A stretch of 64,000 bases of DNA, from the NCBI GenBank assembly GCA_951406725.2, contig OX597815.1:129580001-129644000 (forward strand), read 5' to 3'. The notes under the pieces were generated by a model. It ran no database searches. It was not told the DNA's origin and saw nothing but the letters and a program-made list of their open reading frames with translations. This DNA is from Octopus vulgaris. Lineage: Eukaryota. The translations under genes were made by a program, and so were the position numbers. This document shows, in pieces, positions 63,757 to 64,000 of the stretch (positions are counted from its first letter, which is position 1; each line of letters begins with the position of its first letter).

Positions 63757-64000
63757 CTATCAGCTTCTCATACAAGTTAGTATCCACTGAATCATGCTTG
63801 ACTCATTTCTCTCCATCCTTCATAGATTTTCTTTATTTAAAGTCCATGGCTCCATATCACAAGTTTTACTTATGCTTCATACAGAACAACTTTTCCCCCA
63901 CAGGGAAAGCTTTTACTGTCAACATCAATAAAAAACTTAACAGCTACATCTAATGAGACAGCTGTCTGAGATTTCATTTCAACAGTGATTATAATGCTAG

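Noticed and set aside
59867-64000. Further upstream CIP2A exons
   Set aside because: I found no AG/GT-bounded open segment resembling CIP2A; the next exon probably lies beyond the window, though a short one could have been missed.

Overview
AT-rich, repeat-dense animal genomic DNA, most likely from Octopus, judging by the tRNA-derived SINE families, abundant RTE-LINE tails ending in (GAT)n, and microsatellites. I read two spliced protein-coding genes by hand; the ORF track shows neither in full. (1) The 3' part of a CIP2A (KIAA1524) orthologue lies on the - strand: 10 coding exons from 59866 down to a stop at 20058, all GT-AG and phase-consistent, with the 5' exons outside the window. (2) A compact + strand gene (coding exons 11444-11495 and 14990-15150) encodes a 70-aa secreted precursor: a signal peptide plus an anionic ~48-aa, 8-cysteine peptide with CxxxC...CxC spacing, like cysteine-stabilised alpha/beta (defensin or toxin) peptides. 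This is the most interesting item in the window. The rest is transposon debris: RTE, R4/Dong and Penelope retroelements, a Gypsy remnant, and piggyBac-, hAT-, Helitron- and Helentron-type non-autonomous elements. There is also a TIR element carrying TTAGGG repeats, several minimal hammerhead-ribozyme motifs (often inside long inverted repeats), and an exact 181-bp local templated insertion. Family names and the human CIP2A comparison come from memory; no search was run.
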